A stretch of 64,000 nucleotides of DNA, taken from the human T2T-CHM13v2.0 reference genome, Homo sapiens. The stretch lies in assembly GCF_009914755.1 (NCBI RefSeq), contig NC_060931.1, one strand, 5' to 3'. The notes under the pieces were generated by a model. That model did no database searches. It was not told the origin of the DNA and saw only the letters and a program-made list of their open reading frames with translations. The position numbers and the translations under genes were made by a program. This document shows, piece by piece, positions 14,690 through 30,489 of the stretch (positions are counted from its first letter, which is position 1; each line of letters begins with the position of its first letter).

Positions 14690-15330
14690 CATTCACATTC
14701 ATGCCTTCTAGAGTTTTTAATTTTTTAAGCCTCCAAAAATAAAGCCATATTTAACTAGGTACACTATTGCGACTAAGTTCTGGTCAATAGGATGTAAACA
14801 TAAGTCTTGTGGCCTTTTCTGGGAGCTTTCACTAAAAGATAGTCTGGAGTTTAAGACCAGCCTGGCCAAGATGGTGAAACTCCATCTCTACTAAAAATAG
14901 AAAAAAAATTAGCTGGGAGTGGTGGTGGGTGTCTGTAATCCCAGCTGCTTGGGAGGGCTAAGTCATGAGAATTGCTTGAACCCAGGCATCGGAGGTTGCA
15001 GTGAGCCGAGATTGCACCAATGCACTCCAGCCTGGGCGACAGAGCGAGACTCCGTCTCAGAAAAAAAAAAAAAAAAGTCTGATGTTCCCCCTCTTTCTCT
15101 CATCCTTCCTGCTATTTCAAATGTGCATATAATGGCTCAGCCATTGGGATTAAGATCATCCATGAGGACGGAAGAACCAAAATTAGTAGTATTCTGACTT
15201 CTACGTAACTGTTGAACTACCACACCAGTCCTGGACCACCTGTGTGCAAGAGAAATCAGCTTCTTTTATAAGTCAATATATTTGGGGGTTCTCTAGTACT
15301 TCCAGGCAATTAGAATACTAACATCCTAAA
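14690..15330 (+). mobile_element. MLT1 LTR fragment interrupted by an Alu
   Basis: GACTAAGTTCTGGTCAATAGGATGTAA and the 3' motifs TTGGGGGTTCTCTAGTACTT..ATACTAAC. Confidence 0.5.
14845..15076 (+). mobile_element. 5'-truncated AluS
   Basis: Starts mid left arm (GGAGTTTAAGACCAGCCTGGCC), has a full right arm and a poly-A tail. Confidence 0.92.
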
Positions 15331-15385
15331 GCTAACAAATTATATATTAGTTTAGTCAGAACTGTTTTGCAGAAAATAAGGGTTT

Positions 15386-15386
<1 letters not shown>

Positions 15387-15418
<32 letters not shown>

Positions 15419-15427
15419 GTATATATA
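15387..15427. repeat. (TA)n microsatellite
   Basis: Seen directly. Confidence 0.9.
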
Positions 15428-17071
15428 CGTTTTGATTACATAACTACCATTGTCTGAGTCTCAGTTCTGTAACTGAGTTCTCAGTTATGTGACTGAAAAT
15501 TAACCTGATAATATTTATTATAGTCTTGTTATATCTGCTTAACATCGTGTTTACGAGTGACACATACAGACAAAATAGAGAGAGAGAGGGTTGGGGGATG
15601 GAGGAAAAGAGGGGGAGAAAGACAAAGAAGCCCTTGGATAAAGGCTTCAATGACTATTTGCCTCTCTGCACTATGAAGCATTGTGCAGATTGTTTAACGA
15701 CAACAAAAAGCTGCACCAGGAAAACTCAGTGTTTGAACTTGAATAAAAGGCACCACATAATTTTTAAAAAAGAATCTTTTCAAAGAAATACACAAATGAT
15801 TGTTCAATCTATTGCGTTGAACAGAATCTAATCGGATGGTCTTCGAAACATTATACGTATTTGTCTTGATCCCAAACTGAGAATGTATTCATGGACTCAT
15901 AAGAAACAATGTTTTAGATTTTAGTGTGGAGCTGTCTGTAATACTCCTGTTAGTTATACTCTAAACCTAACCACAATCTCAGAATGTCAAGCTGGGAATT
16001 ATTAGATTAATTGAGCATTCAGACAATTTGGTTGACTGAACACTTTCCAAAGATGAATGCATAGATCATTAGATCAGAAACATGCTCTTGACTAAATCAC
16101 ATTCTCCTCCCTATCTTCCTTCTCTCCTTCCTCTTCCTTTCTCCTTCTCCTACTTGTTTTCTTTCGCGGCATTTTCATCAAAGAACTTCTCAGATCTGCA
16201 TACAGACATATAAAAAATTGTCATTGTAATATATTACACTATGCCAATCTAAAGGTAAAAATGATTTTCTGCATCTCTAATAGAAATTATGAAATTAAGA
16301 AATTTCTCATTTTCTCACAGCTTCTGACTTATCTTCTCTCCTGAGGAGTTAAAGCGAAGATATTGGTTATTTATATGTTGAGGTGTACTGATTTGGGTAA
16401 GTTACTACATATATAACTAGAATCATCAAAGAACATTGGGCATTTATATCCTATCTCTACAAATATGTCAAATTAATCAGGGATGCACAATGTCAGAGAT
16501 GAACTTTTTACACTTTAGTTTTGAAGCCAGTTCCCCTTAAAATTTGCTCTTTGCAAAGAAATTACTTTTGCACTACAGATTCAAATATCAGGAGTTTACA
16601 TGAGTGATATCTTGAGCTGCAAATGTAGTAAATCTATTCTGTACCTTGATTTGAACTGCCTTCCTACCTTTGCCCCTATTCAAATGACATAATTGTACTT
16701 TTGAAAATTAGGGCACTTCAACCTGTATGCCTGGATGGTTCTGCAGTTAGTTTTAGTCCTAAAAAAGGAAAAAAAATCTTTACTTCCACCAACTTTACTA
16801 TTGTCTGATTGCAGGGCTTTATTACAAAGCACTAAACTATAAAATATTGTTATGATTTGAAGTTGGATATAAATGTATTGTACGTAATCTAGACTTTAAC
16901 TGGCAGTTTTTGGACACAAACTTTCATTTACACCTTGAAACAAGTATATTCTTCATTCAATAAATATTTACCGAGTACTTACTCTGTGAAGTTAGTAAGG
17001 AAAGGGACTAAGAAGATATAGAAGCTTGAATATCTAAACTTGAAGATTCTATGGAACAGTAGATAAGATGC

Positions 17072-17215
17072 AGGACTTAAAACCTAGATGATGGGTTGAT
17101 AGGTGCAGCAAATCACCATGGCACATGTATACATATGTAACAAACCCACACATTCTGCACATGTATCTCAGAACTTAAAGTAAAATTAAAAAATTAATTA
17201 AATTATTTTTTAAAA
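17072..17215 (+). mobile_element. Short L1PA (L1PA7/8-like) 3' end
   Basis: CTTAAAACCTAGATGATGGGTTGATAGGTGCAGCAAATCACCATGGCACATG...AGAACTTAAAGTAAAA. Short TSD AAGATGC at 17065-17071 and 17216-17222. Confidence 0.85.
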
Positions 17216-17229
17216 AAGATGCCATCTAT

Positions 17230-18090
17230 CGAAATGATTTTTCAAGGTGTCATGCAATAAGTGATCTAAAACAGACAAATAAAAGAATGTAGATATCACT
17301 TCTAATAGAGCAATCAAGGGATGATATGAGAAGGAGATGGCATTAGAGTCCAGCAGAATTTTCAGCAGGCAAAACTCAGACAATATTCTTGGTTGAGGAA
17401 GGGAGAGAAGGATAGAGATAAAATCCATGTTGTCCAGCATAGCTAAGATCCAATGCATATGTAGGAAAATGGCATCAAATACACGTAGAAAGTTGTGCTG
17501 CGGTTTTATTATAGCAAATTCTTAATGTCAGGCTAAATATTTAGAGGTTGTGCAGTACGGAAAAAAAGTAGAAACAGATGTATCATGCTGAGTGCCATTT
17601 TAGGCAGGTGAATTTGGTAGTCACTTGCTGGATGGATTGGGCAAGGGAAAGACTGTCAGCAGGAAAACTGTTAGAAGCTATGGTATTAATACAGGTAGGG
17701 CAAATGAAGGGACACATATACAGTGCTAACAGATGAAAGGGAAAAACAAGAATTATTACCAAGACCTAACAGAATTAAGCAGATTAAGGAGTCAGAAGAA
17801 AAGAGAAGAGACAGCATGAATTTCCAAATTTTTAGTGTATTGAACTAGAAAACTATGGGGTCCCTAAAAGAAACTGGGAAATCAAAAGGTAGAGCTTACT
17901 AAAGTGACAAGTAAGTTGACTTTTAGATTTTTAAAGGAAGAAGTAGGGCATACATGTGGAAATGTCCAGAGAACAGTTGGAAACCATGACTAGTGCAAGA
18001 GAGGACTGGATGAAAACTTGGCTGTTGTCAGATTAGAAGTTGGGTCTGAACATATAAGACTGTGTAAATCTATTAACAACAAGCAGAGAA
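17230..18090 (-). mobile_element. Degenerate L2 LINE
   Basis: Purine-rich, highly diverged L2-like phrases such as GTGGAAATGTCCAG..CAGTTGGA and TTTCCAAATTTTTAG. Confidence 0.5.
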
Positions 18091-19105
18091 GTATTGCTTT
18101 ATAAATAATAAATATTGTCTTCAGAGAAAAATAGGATCATTTGCATATCTTTAGAGACAAAGCTGAGGTTAAAATGAAGCAGTAATTCTACAAGCCATTC
18201 CAGCTTAAAGGAACTTTAACTCTGTTACAGTCCCATAACAATAACTTGTACCTCCATGACCACTGTTGAGAATGACTGTCTTGCCATGCTGATATTTATT
18301 TTGTAGGATCAAATGCTTTGGACTATGATTATTCATTAATAGGCTTTTCTGTCTTTATAGTTGGAAAGGTTAATACAGAACAAAAATAAGGAATGTCTAC
18401 ATTTGTGATGAAATGTAAAAATATTTTAATTTCAAAAATTATTATAATCATCACCATTATATGTTTTCTGATGATATAGTAACAATCAGGAGAGTCTTCA
18501 GCAAATGGATGCTAATAAAAATGATAGCAGGCAACTATAAATACATCTATATTGCCTTTCCTTATCAGATTATATTGGATGACAAATTGCCTGAGTTAAT
18601 ACCCTACTGAAAATGTATAATTGTTCATTGTTCTCATTTGCTGAAGCTATTCCTTTGGAAGGCTTTTATTTCTAAGAACACAAAAACATTTATCTGTCTG
18701 TTTTCCAATAGGTAATTTTTTTAGATAGCACTTTGGATTTGTTTTATATAAAACTCTTTTAAATATACCTTGATTATCAAGTATAAAAACAATGATATAA
18801 GTAGACTATATGTTGGTATATAACAGAAACAGCCTGTATATAACTTCTATATACTCTAGAAGTATATATATATCCCTGAAACCAAGCCCATATCTATAAT
18901 GCTTCATAAATTAAGGATGTATTTTTCCATTCACAAAAGTACTTCTCCACCTTTTATTAAAAGTAAAATATTCAACAGAACAGCATTTGATCTTTTCCAT
19001 TTATTTGAATAAAATCAAATTGTTTTAACATATAATAAATCTTGAACAAAAATATTAAACTATAAACCTTATTGACAAGTCAATAAATGAAAAAGCAATT
19101 TTTAA

Positions 19106-19462
<357 letters not shown>

Positions 19463-21654
19463 TGATCTTTCCTACTTTCAATAGAGTTTTGTGTTATTTT
19501 GTTTTAGAAGGAAGCAAAAAAGGTAAAAATAATTGGAAAAAGTCTTTTGCATAAGGTTATTCAAGAATCTTCTATTTTTCAGACATATTAAAACTGACTC
19601 TTTTCTAATAAAAATAATATGATTATCTCATTGAATATAAAGTCAGAAGTCTACCAAATGATTAAGAGGATTGAGGAGTTGACTTTACAAGTTATAGTCA
19701 AGTTAACTTTTTATAATAGGAGTTATAACTTAAAATTCCAGTCACTTAAAAGCTTTAAAAAAATAAGATGGTGCTAATCGATGAAAAATGTTCCCATCAA
19801 TGACTACTATTCAGAAAATTAGAAAAATATGCCTTGTATTTAAGCTAATGGATTCAAAATGGAAGAAAATAATATTCTAAAGAGGAATGCATGATGTATT
19901 TATTGCAAAGAATACATATGCAATTGACATAAATTAGTATTTGCTAAATAGGAAATATCCAGATTTTATTTTTTAAATATTCTATAAAATTTTAAAAATC
20001 TATGTCAACAACTCAATCTCCTATATTTAGTTATTTCTTTACTTTATTGTGATAAAATAAGGCTTTGCAGGATTTTTAGTTACCCTTCACAATTATAGCT
20101 ACATGGGGAAAAAATGACAAAAGAGGCAACTTCACAAAGTCAGCATATAATTTAATGCCTTTATTCCCTGATTTCCACTCCTTCTGAATCCTCAAATTTA
20201 CATAAAAACTTCAGAGAAAATTTATTCAAATGAGTTAAGTTCTTATCAAGTCCTTTGTGTACTTAGTAATAGAGAAAAAACTGTCTTCTGCCATAAAGCT
20301 ACTAAAGAAACATGGAGAAACAAAGCAAAGTGTATGTGTTTCTTGACTCCTTCTCAATTGCCAGTTCCACAACCTCCACATTCACAGTTGTCTGGGAGCA
20401 CCAAGCACGGATTACACAAAAATTACCTAATCATCTCCAAAACCACCGCAGATATGTAACCAGCCATCTAACTATAAACACTGCTGGTATTGTGACATAT
20501 ATGTGCTTATAACCTCTACTTTTTCATATATTACATGTGCATAGAATATCACAGAACTCACCAAATATATCTCCATAGCTTCTCTAACAGATGAGGACAA
20601 TGGCCTAATCTATCAGAGCCAATGAAAAACATCTTACTTCCAAACTATGCCATAGTGTTAAACTGTGGCTTGAATACACTTGGGTTTTCGTCTGCAATGC
20701 CAAAGAAGACCAAAATCAATATCAAATTGCTAACTTCAAGTATTAAAAGATGCCTTCTGCAGTTAAATAAAGACCGATAAGCTTGAATGTTAGCTTGAGG
20801 GAATAACCTATTCTTTTCTTTCCCTTTCTATATTTGCTTTTGCCAAACTTCACTCAGGCTGGAAATAATCATAATAATTGGAACCAGCAGAAAGAAATAG
20901 CTGATGCTGCTAGGCAAGATGAAATAAATCTGCAACTCAAGTAATACTAAATATAAGCTCCACATGAGCATACTAGAATGAAACACCTGAGATAAGACAG
21001 CTCTTTGGAGCCAAATCCCTAAGTTTACATTTTGCAAGTAGATATTCTAGAAATGCAATATTTATAATCTACCTGGATGCCATTGAGTGTAAACAAATAG
21101 CAGATTTATATCAACCATAGCAGGAAGACTAACAATTTCCTAGGGGAAAGAAAGAAGAGAAAAAATTTGATTTCTGAGAAAAATGTTCATTTAAAGTGAT
21201 AATATAATAAACTTTTAAGTTCTCAAAATAATATTTGTTCTAAAAATTCAAAAAGCACAGAAACATTGTTAGGGGAATTTTTAAATCTTTGCTATTTATA
21301 GTATTTTATATTCCTTGTATTTTAACGTAGTCCTAATATAGTATTTTTATGGTTGTCAATGGTGTACATGACACAATACTGAAATTCAGAATAAAAATAT
21401 TATAATTCTTCTAAATGTTTATGATTTCAGCATGAAAATGAGCAATTAGTCTTGAAACATTTGAATCTTTCTAAGATGGGAAGAAGGAGAAGAAATGAAT
21501 TTCATTTCTATCAGAAAATTTGAAGCTTTGAAAACGGAAACTGAACCAGGAATATGACATATTTGGGTACTATAACTGTCTGTGTTGCAGTTTGTGGTAC
21601 CTATCTAGGGAATTGGTTCATTAATCCTCTAGACTCTGCACTATTCTGTTTTAG

Positions 21655-21860
21655 CAATATAGCAAAGTGGTTAAGGGTGTAGACTTTTAAGTCAGGCAGC
21701 CACTTAGTACTGAGTGACCTCAAGAAATCTGTGTGACCTTGGGCAAGTAATGAACCTCTCTCTCCATAAGCTTCCTCATGTTTAACTAATATGATTTTAA
21801 AAATGCTTTACTCATAGAGTTAATGTGAGCCTTAAATGAGCATAATTCCATGTGAAATGG
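21655..21860 (+). mobile_element. MIR SINE
   Basis: GTGGTTAAG..AGACTT..AGTCAG and TGTGTGACCTTGGGCAAGT..AACCTCTCT core. Confidence 0.8.
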
Positions 21861-22089
21861 TACTTTTCCTGTTTTCCTGGAATGTAGCTAAGGCTTCAAA
21901 GCTGAGGACAGTGGAAAACAAGCAAGTTACTAATCATATCCCTGGTCAAACCAGTTCAAAAACCATCACTCTCATCAGCCTAGATAGAAAGACTAAATAT
22001 TTGAAAAGAGATTCTATGAAAAAGATGCTTTAAAAATAATTTTAATAGACAATGGAGTCTCATCTCACTTTTCCTCTTAGAGGAGAGGG

Positions 22090-23472
<1,383 letters not shown>

Positions 23473-24540
23473 CTAGCTGGTATTGCTATTATTAGATATT
23501 TTTAAATTGTTGCCCCTAAGTAAATTCAGCAATGTTTGTATTGCAGGGCTAAGTTACACACGGACTCTCAAGTTCAGCATTAAAAAATGCAGAGATTCAC
23601 ACATGAATAAAAAAATAAGAAAGTCAACTGATTTGTCTACCAACCAAACACATCAAAATATCAAGTATAACAAAACGGGAAAAAACATATTCTTAATACA
23701 AAAATGTATATTGTGATTTTCCTTGATGGAATAAACTTATTTCTGACTACTCAGACAATCTAACGGTGTTTTTTAAGAAGAATAGCACATGAATTCCATT
23801 TTATCACTAATTTACGATGAACTGCTTAATCTATCATTTCTATATTTTCCTTAGTTCTCAAATAGAACAATTTTATTTTTCTAAAAGCCTGAAACAAATC
23901 TTATACTAGATGAAAACCTCTCTTTTGGAGAAAAAAAAAAGCCAATTGAAGTCTCCCAATAAAGAAAATCTCTTATTTTAAGTAAATTTCTAAGGGGTCT
24001 TTTGATAGTGGAGATCCATGGTAATGTCATCCTGCCTCCATCATTAGTAGCCAAACTCTCTTAGATGAGATGTCGATGAGTAATTGACTCAGCATCCTAG
24101 CTTTCCACAGAGCTCATACTCTTTTGAATCACAGAAAGTGTAGATTACACACTGCTAAAGTATTTAATGTGTAACTTAAAACAGAAACAGATACTTTTTC
24201 ACAACAGTTTCAGTGTAAGGACAAAAATGATAGTAAAAAAACTAGGAAATATCATAATTTAGATGAGTTATGAGCAAAAATGCATTTCAGAACAAAGTAG
24301 GGCATCGTTATGCCTGATTTTGGGGAAAAAAATACTTTATGCAAACTGAGTCTCATAATGGATAAGGTAAATAGTGATCACATTGTCAAAAATCTACCAC
24401 AGCATAATATAGTGAACTCTAAATATATTCAGAAAGAAATTATACCAATTGTTTCAAAGTATTTTTTCAAAGATGGAGCTGTAGGTAAAAATGACTGTAC
24501 TTACAATGTTTATTAGTTATGGACAGAGGTTCTTAAAGTG

Positions 24541-25012
24541 TGTGACGGTCAATCTTATGTATTAACTTGACTGGGCCATGGGGTCCCCAGCTATTTGGTC
24601 AAGCATTATTCTGGGTGTTTCTGCAAAAAATTAACATTTAATTTGATATACTGAATAAAGCAAGTTGCTCTCCTTAATGTGGTGGGCCTCATTCAATTAG
24701 TAGAAAGCCTAAATAGAATTAAAATGATGACCTACTTCAAAAAAGGGAGACTTCCTCGTGCCTGCTTGCCTTCAAACTGGAACATTGTTTTTTCTGCATT
24801 CAGACTTGAATTGAAGCATCAGCTCTTCCTGGCTTTCAAGCTTCCTGGCCTTTGGACTGGAACATAACATCAGTGTTCCTGGGTCTCCACATTGTTGACT
24901 TATCCTGCAGATCTCAGGATATAACAGCTTTCAGAACTGTATGAGCAAATTCCTTGTAACTATCAGTTAATCTTAGTTTCCTGGTGGTTTTGTTTCTTTG
25001 TAGAACCTTAAT
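24541..25012 (+). mobile_element. MLT2 (MLT2D-like) ERVL solo LTR
   Basis: TGTGACGGTCAATCTTATGTATTAACTTGACTGGGCCA start and GGTTTTGTTTCTTTGTAGAACCT end. Confidence 0.85.
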
Positions 25013-25442
25013 GTGTCTCAAATAAGTCAACTGTTACAGAGAAAGAGAACTTTTGACATTTATTCATTCAATGAATGTTTTCAAAAACATTCTACATATT
25101 TTAAGGCATTATGCCAGGTATTAGGGAAACAAATATGAATTAAATGCTGCCTGTCCTTGATGAGTTCCAGGTCTAGTTTAAATGACATGTTTGAAAACTT
25201 CATTGGCAAATCATTGTTATATACAAAATAAGTGCATAATTTATTGGGATATGAAAAATTAGGAGAATCTGGATCTAATTTTTATATATCAATTCTGCAT
25301 AAAATAACTGAACTTTCAGACACTGTGTTATAAATGCCATTCTTTTAATTTATAGCATAATTAGTAGGACATACAGTTTAAAATACTCTACTTTTCATTT
25401 CTGGGACTTTGAACTGAGAAGGTACCTATAAAAAAGTTTTTT

Positions 25443-27155
25443 ATTCCATGCTCGTGAATTGGCAGAATTAATATAATTAAAATTTCCATGCCAACGAGAG
25501 CAATCTACAGATTCAATGCTATTCCTATCAAACTACCAACATCATTTTTCTCAGAATTAGAAACAAAATTTATTATAAAATTCATCTGAAACCAAAAGAG
25601 CCTGAATAGTCAAGAGCAATCCTAAGCCAAAAGAACAAAGCCAGAGGCATCACCATTACCTGATTTCAAACTACACTATAATGCTACAGTAATCCAAACA
25701 GCATGGATTTGCTATGTGTCTAAAGACAGACACATAGACCAATGGAAAATAGTAAAGAGTCTGGAAATAAAGCTTCACACCTATACCAACTGATCTTTAA
25801 CAAGGTTGACAAAAATAAGCACTGGGGAAAGGACTCCCTATTCAATAAATGGTGCTGAGATATTGGCTATCCATACGTGATAGAATGAAAATGGATCCCT
25901 ATATATTATCATATACAAATATTCAGTCAAGATGAATTAAAGATTTAGATGTAAGTCCTGAAACACGGAGGTTGCAGTGAGCCGAGATCGTGCCACTACA
26001 CTCCAGACTGGGTGACAGAGCAAGACTTCACCTCAAAAAAAAAAAAAAAAAAGTCCTTGAAGAAAAGCTAATAAATATGCTTCTGGACATGAGCCTTGAC
26101 AAATAATTTATGACTAAGAAGTCCTCAAAGGCAATCGCAACAAAAACAAAAATTGACAAGTGGGACCTAAGTCAACTAAAGAGCTTGTGCATAGCAAAAG
26201 GAACTATCAACAGAGTAAACAGACAACCTAAAGAATAGGAGAAAATATTTGCAAACTATGTATCTGACAAAGGACTAATATCCAGAACCTATAAGGAACT
26301 TGAACAACTCAACAAGCAATAAACAAATAACCCCATTAAAAACTGGGCAAAGGACATGAACAGGCACTTCTCAAAAATAAACAAGTGGTCAAAAAACATA
26401 TTAAAATACTGAGCATGACTAATCTTCAGAGAAATGCAAATAAAACCACAATGATACATCATTTCACACCAGAAAGAATGGTTACTATTAAAAAGTCAAA
26501 AAATAACAGATGCTGGCAAGGTTGTGGAGAAAAGGGAATATTCATATACTGTTGGTGGGATTCTAAATTAGTTCAATCCCTGTGGAAAGCAGTTTAGAGA
26601 ATTCTCAAAGTAATAAAAATAGAATTTCCATTCAATCCAGTAATCCCATTACTGGGTATATACCTAACAAAAATAGATTGTTCTATCAAAAAGATACCTG
26701 AATGCATATGTTCACTGCAGCACTAAACACAATAGCAAAGCCATGGAATCAACCTATATTCCCATCAATGGTGAACTGGATAAAGAAAATGTGGTACATA
26801 TACACCATGGATTACTATGCAGCCATGAAAATAACACAAAATAATGTTCTCTGCAGCAACATGGATGCATGGACGCCATTATCCTAAGAAAATTAATGCA
26901 GAAACAGAAAACCAAATACCACATATTATCACTTATAAGTGGAAGCTAAACATTGGTACACATGGACATAAACATGGAAACAATAGACACTGGGGACTAC
27001 CAGAGGTGGGAGTGGGAGAGGGGACAAGGGTTGAAAAACTACCTGTTGGGTACTATGTAACTATCTGAGTGATGGGTTCAATAGTACCTCAAACCTCAGC
27101 AACACACAATATATCCTTGTAACAAACCTGTAGCAGAATCTAAAATAAAATTTGA
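25443..27155 (+). mobile_element. 5'-truncated L1 (L1PA15/16-like): ORF2 C-terminus remnant plus 3' UTR
   Basis: Decayed ORF2 peptides (KKSKNNRCWQGCGEKG, WIKKMWYIYTMDYYAA). 3' UTR CACTGGGGACTAC..GGGTTGAAAAACTACCT..AAACCTCAGCA. Confidence 0.92.
25966..26052 (+). mobile_element. Alu 3'-terminal fragment nested in L1
   Basis: CGGAGGTTGCAGTGAGCCGAGATCGTGCCACT...poly-A. Confidence 0.9.
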
Positions 27156-28399
27156 AATTTTTTAAAAGAAGATATTTTTCTTTTTTAAAAAATTGAAATT
27201 GTATATCTTTAAGGTGTACAGGATGGTTTTTGATACATATATACACACACACATGCATACACACACATATATATTAGTAAACTAAGCTTTCAAAAAGATA
27301 TATATTCTCACTATTGCCATATAAAATAAGTGAATAATTTTATATGTCAAAGGAAAGTAACTCATTACAAACATAGTACTCAAAGAGTAATTCCTAGTAC
27401 AACCTAGAGAAAAGATTGTTTCAAAATTTGCTCCAAGTATAGCCTAGAACGTCACAGCAATGGGCAAGAAGGTTGGTCTTAAATTAGCACTTTACAGAAT
27501 CAAAAACTGGGGTATTGTTTAGGTTCTGTGGCCTTTGAATTAAGACTGAAACCATATAGCTGATAAAAGCAGCATTGTCAAAGATGGAATTTTTACTATT
27601 ATTGTTTGTATCTGACTTGCTAATAAAGTAAAAATGTTATCTTTAGTGTTTATAAGTGATAAATTAATATTCTGTATATATGATGAATCAATTCCATATG
27701 CTACCCATTAAGAAAAACTCAATTTAAGAAGATTGGTTTGTATATTATTATAGATGTATGTCCTCCTCTTCCCCTATTAGAAATAATAAGTAAAACAGAA
27801 TATATGTGCAGGCATGTTAAATATAGGCATTCCTCAAATTTCCACTCTTGATCTCTTCTCATTTTCAATGCTCTTCTAATGGGACTACAGCTCTTTGCCA
27901 GGCAACAGCTATTACTGTAAAAACAATACATCTGAACTCTCTACACTGAAGGTCCAACAATCCTGTGAGCTCTAGATATATGTGACCAAAAATGTTTGTC
28001 AATCAGAAACATGCCATCTGCCAGGTACCTCAAACACATTATACGAGCCGGCGCTCATTATTCTCCACACACTGTGTTCTTTAATACCAACTGGAGCAAA
28101 ATGAAACAAGAAAATCTCCTAAAAATATAAAATAGGCCATTTCTAACTTAATTTTGTCAACTCACCATCTTTAATTCCAATGCCTAATCTAAATTGCTTT
28201 AAGTAAAATATCAGTTATAACTATCTTATGAATAGTTATGTGCATATATTACTTATGCACTAAGAACCACAATATTCTGAAATATTGTGGAAATAGCATG
28301 CTACTACTTCTGCAGTTCTCAAAGATAGCAATTTTCTTTTTCTAGAACAGCTAAAGCCATTTCCCCTGTACAGTAAATTTTCGTCTTTGCAGCTAATGG

Positions 28400-29050
28400 C
28401 ATCTTCATCTCCTTCACACACCTAGCCCTAAGTCAGAAACCTGAAAGTCATTTTTGCCTAGTGCCTCCCCTTCACCACTACCTCCCATTCCATTGGATAT
28501 AAGTTCTTACTCACACCATTCTTAAATATGTTTCAAGCTCACCTCCTCCCTCCATTCCCAGTACTCATGCCAAAACTTAAGCCTTGCTCTCAGTTTCTTC
28601 TCTCCTCCATAAGTGAGTGAAACCAAATTTTCTCCTTTCCCCCAATCCCTCCCATGAAATAAAACAAAAAACAGAAAACCACTTTATGTTTCTCCTTCGC
28701 CTAAACACATTCACTGGCTTTATCCACCTACAGTATAATGTCCATAGGCTTTATCCGCCTTCAGTACAATGTCCATAATTTTTAGGTTTCTAAGTAAGGC
28801 CTTCCTTTATATGGCTCCAAGTTTCCTTTCTGGAAAAATCCTCGGTTGCCTCCAGAAGTGCTCAGTTACCCCTTTCTTTGGCCTCATTGGTCTATATTTA
28901 TTTTCCTACACAGGCAGATCATCTTTTCCCTATCCCACCTTGGGTCACACTCTTCTCTCTGCTTCCCACACCTCCCTTCTTGAATTCCTACTCAAGCTTT
29001 AGTGACAATCTCAAAGATCTCTTATTCTATGCAGCACTCCCCAGCTCCAC
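28400..29050 (+). mobile_element. L2 LINE fragments
   Basis: Pyrimidine-rich L2 phrases: AGTCAGAAACCTGAAAGTCAT, AAGGCCTTCC...TGGCTCCA and TTCCTACTCA. Confidence 0.55.
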
Positions 29051-29149
29051 TTGCTATCTTCCATCTCTAAATAATGTTTCCAATGGAACTGCACTAACCA
29101 TTTTACAAAACATTTCCACCTGTCCTATCTTCTTGGATTCTAATAACCA

Positions 29150-29280
29150 CCCTCTAACATGAGGAGACTGAGGCTCAGAAAATGTTAGTCCCATCATAAG
29201 GAAGCGATAGCCATAGACTTGGAGCTCAAATCCAATTAAGTCTTCAGACTCCAAGATCCACACTCTCTATATTATACCCC
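29150..29280 (-). mobile_element. MIR SINE
   Basis: ATGAGGAGACTGAGGCTCAGA...GACTCCAAGATCCACACTCT core. Confidence 0.7.
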
Positions 29281-30489
29281 TCTGCTTCTTCCTGTCCCTC
29301 CTATGTGCTGTAAAGGTAGTAATGTTTACTCTTGTACCATCACACTGAGCACAGTGTTTTAAAGTTTGCTTTTATATTTTTGCCTCTCCTTTTACTCTGC
29401 ATTCTTAGAGGGTAGAATCTGATCCTTATTATCATTTTAATGCCAGGACCCAGCTTTAGCATGACATAAAACAAAAATTAATGAATAATTATTTATTCAA
29501 TTAATCAAAGGATCTTAATTTGCTAGAATATTTTTTATCCTGATGGAAGAAAGTAAATTTATGACACAAAAAGAGAAATTAAAGTTCAAGTCTCTTCCAT
29601 CATAACACACACACACACAAACTCCTATCCCTCCTAACCATGTTTCTTCTTACAGAACAATTATCCATTACCCCTTACTACTAAGCAAGTTTCTTGAGGA
29701 GTGGTATGCATACACGATTTCCAGTTTTTCACTTCCTATTCATTCTTCAACCCTGTGACATGTGGCCATCCACTCCCCTGAAATAGCACCAATAAAGATG
29801 ATCTTCATTTTTGCCAAATGCAAGGGAAACATTTCAAAGCTCATCTTTCTAACCATTTCTACTCTGCTTGGCAGTACTGACCACTCACTCAATATTAAGA
29901 GTGCTCTTAGTTCAGTCTTAGTTTCCTTCCTGGGATCCCCTGGCTTTTCCTCAAACTTAGATATCACAGCATTTCTTTGTTCTTTTTTTTTTTTCTTTAC
30001 ATGCTCTTATTGGAGAGTCTTATAAGTTAATGGATTCTAGCCTTGGAATTAGAACACTTTGATGAGTCAGTTTATAATTACATGCACTCCTGGGTCAATA
30101 GCAAAGGCATTTGTAAAAACTACATAATTTTAAAAAGTACTTCAAGTTGGTTTTTGCATGCATTGTTGGTAAATTTTTGTGGCTGGTTTGCTTTCTTGAT
30201 TATGTTCTATTTTGGATAATTTTAAAATGAATTTGTGTTCCTACATATTACTTCAGAATGGTAAAAAATTTCTTGAGCCCTACCAGAGCAAAATTCAGTG
30301 AGGTAATGGAGACATGCCTAGAATTTGACTGAGCCTATGTAGCTGGAAAATACATCATGATGTATTCTCCAAGATTACTCCTTATCTTGGTAAAGATACT
30401 CCTTATATTGGTAAAGAAAGTCTTTACCAATATCTCCAAAACAATAAAATGGGAATAAAACATATTTTTCCATTCCTATAATGTATAGT

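Noticed and set aside
16560-16574. AATTACTTTTGCAC resembling a MADE1/Hsmar1 terminus
   Set aside because: Only 14 nt with no partner inverted repeat.
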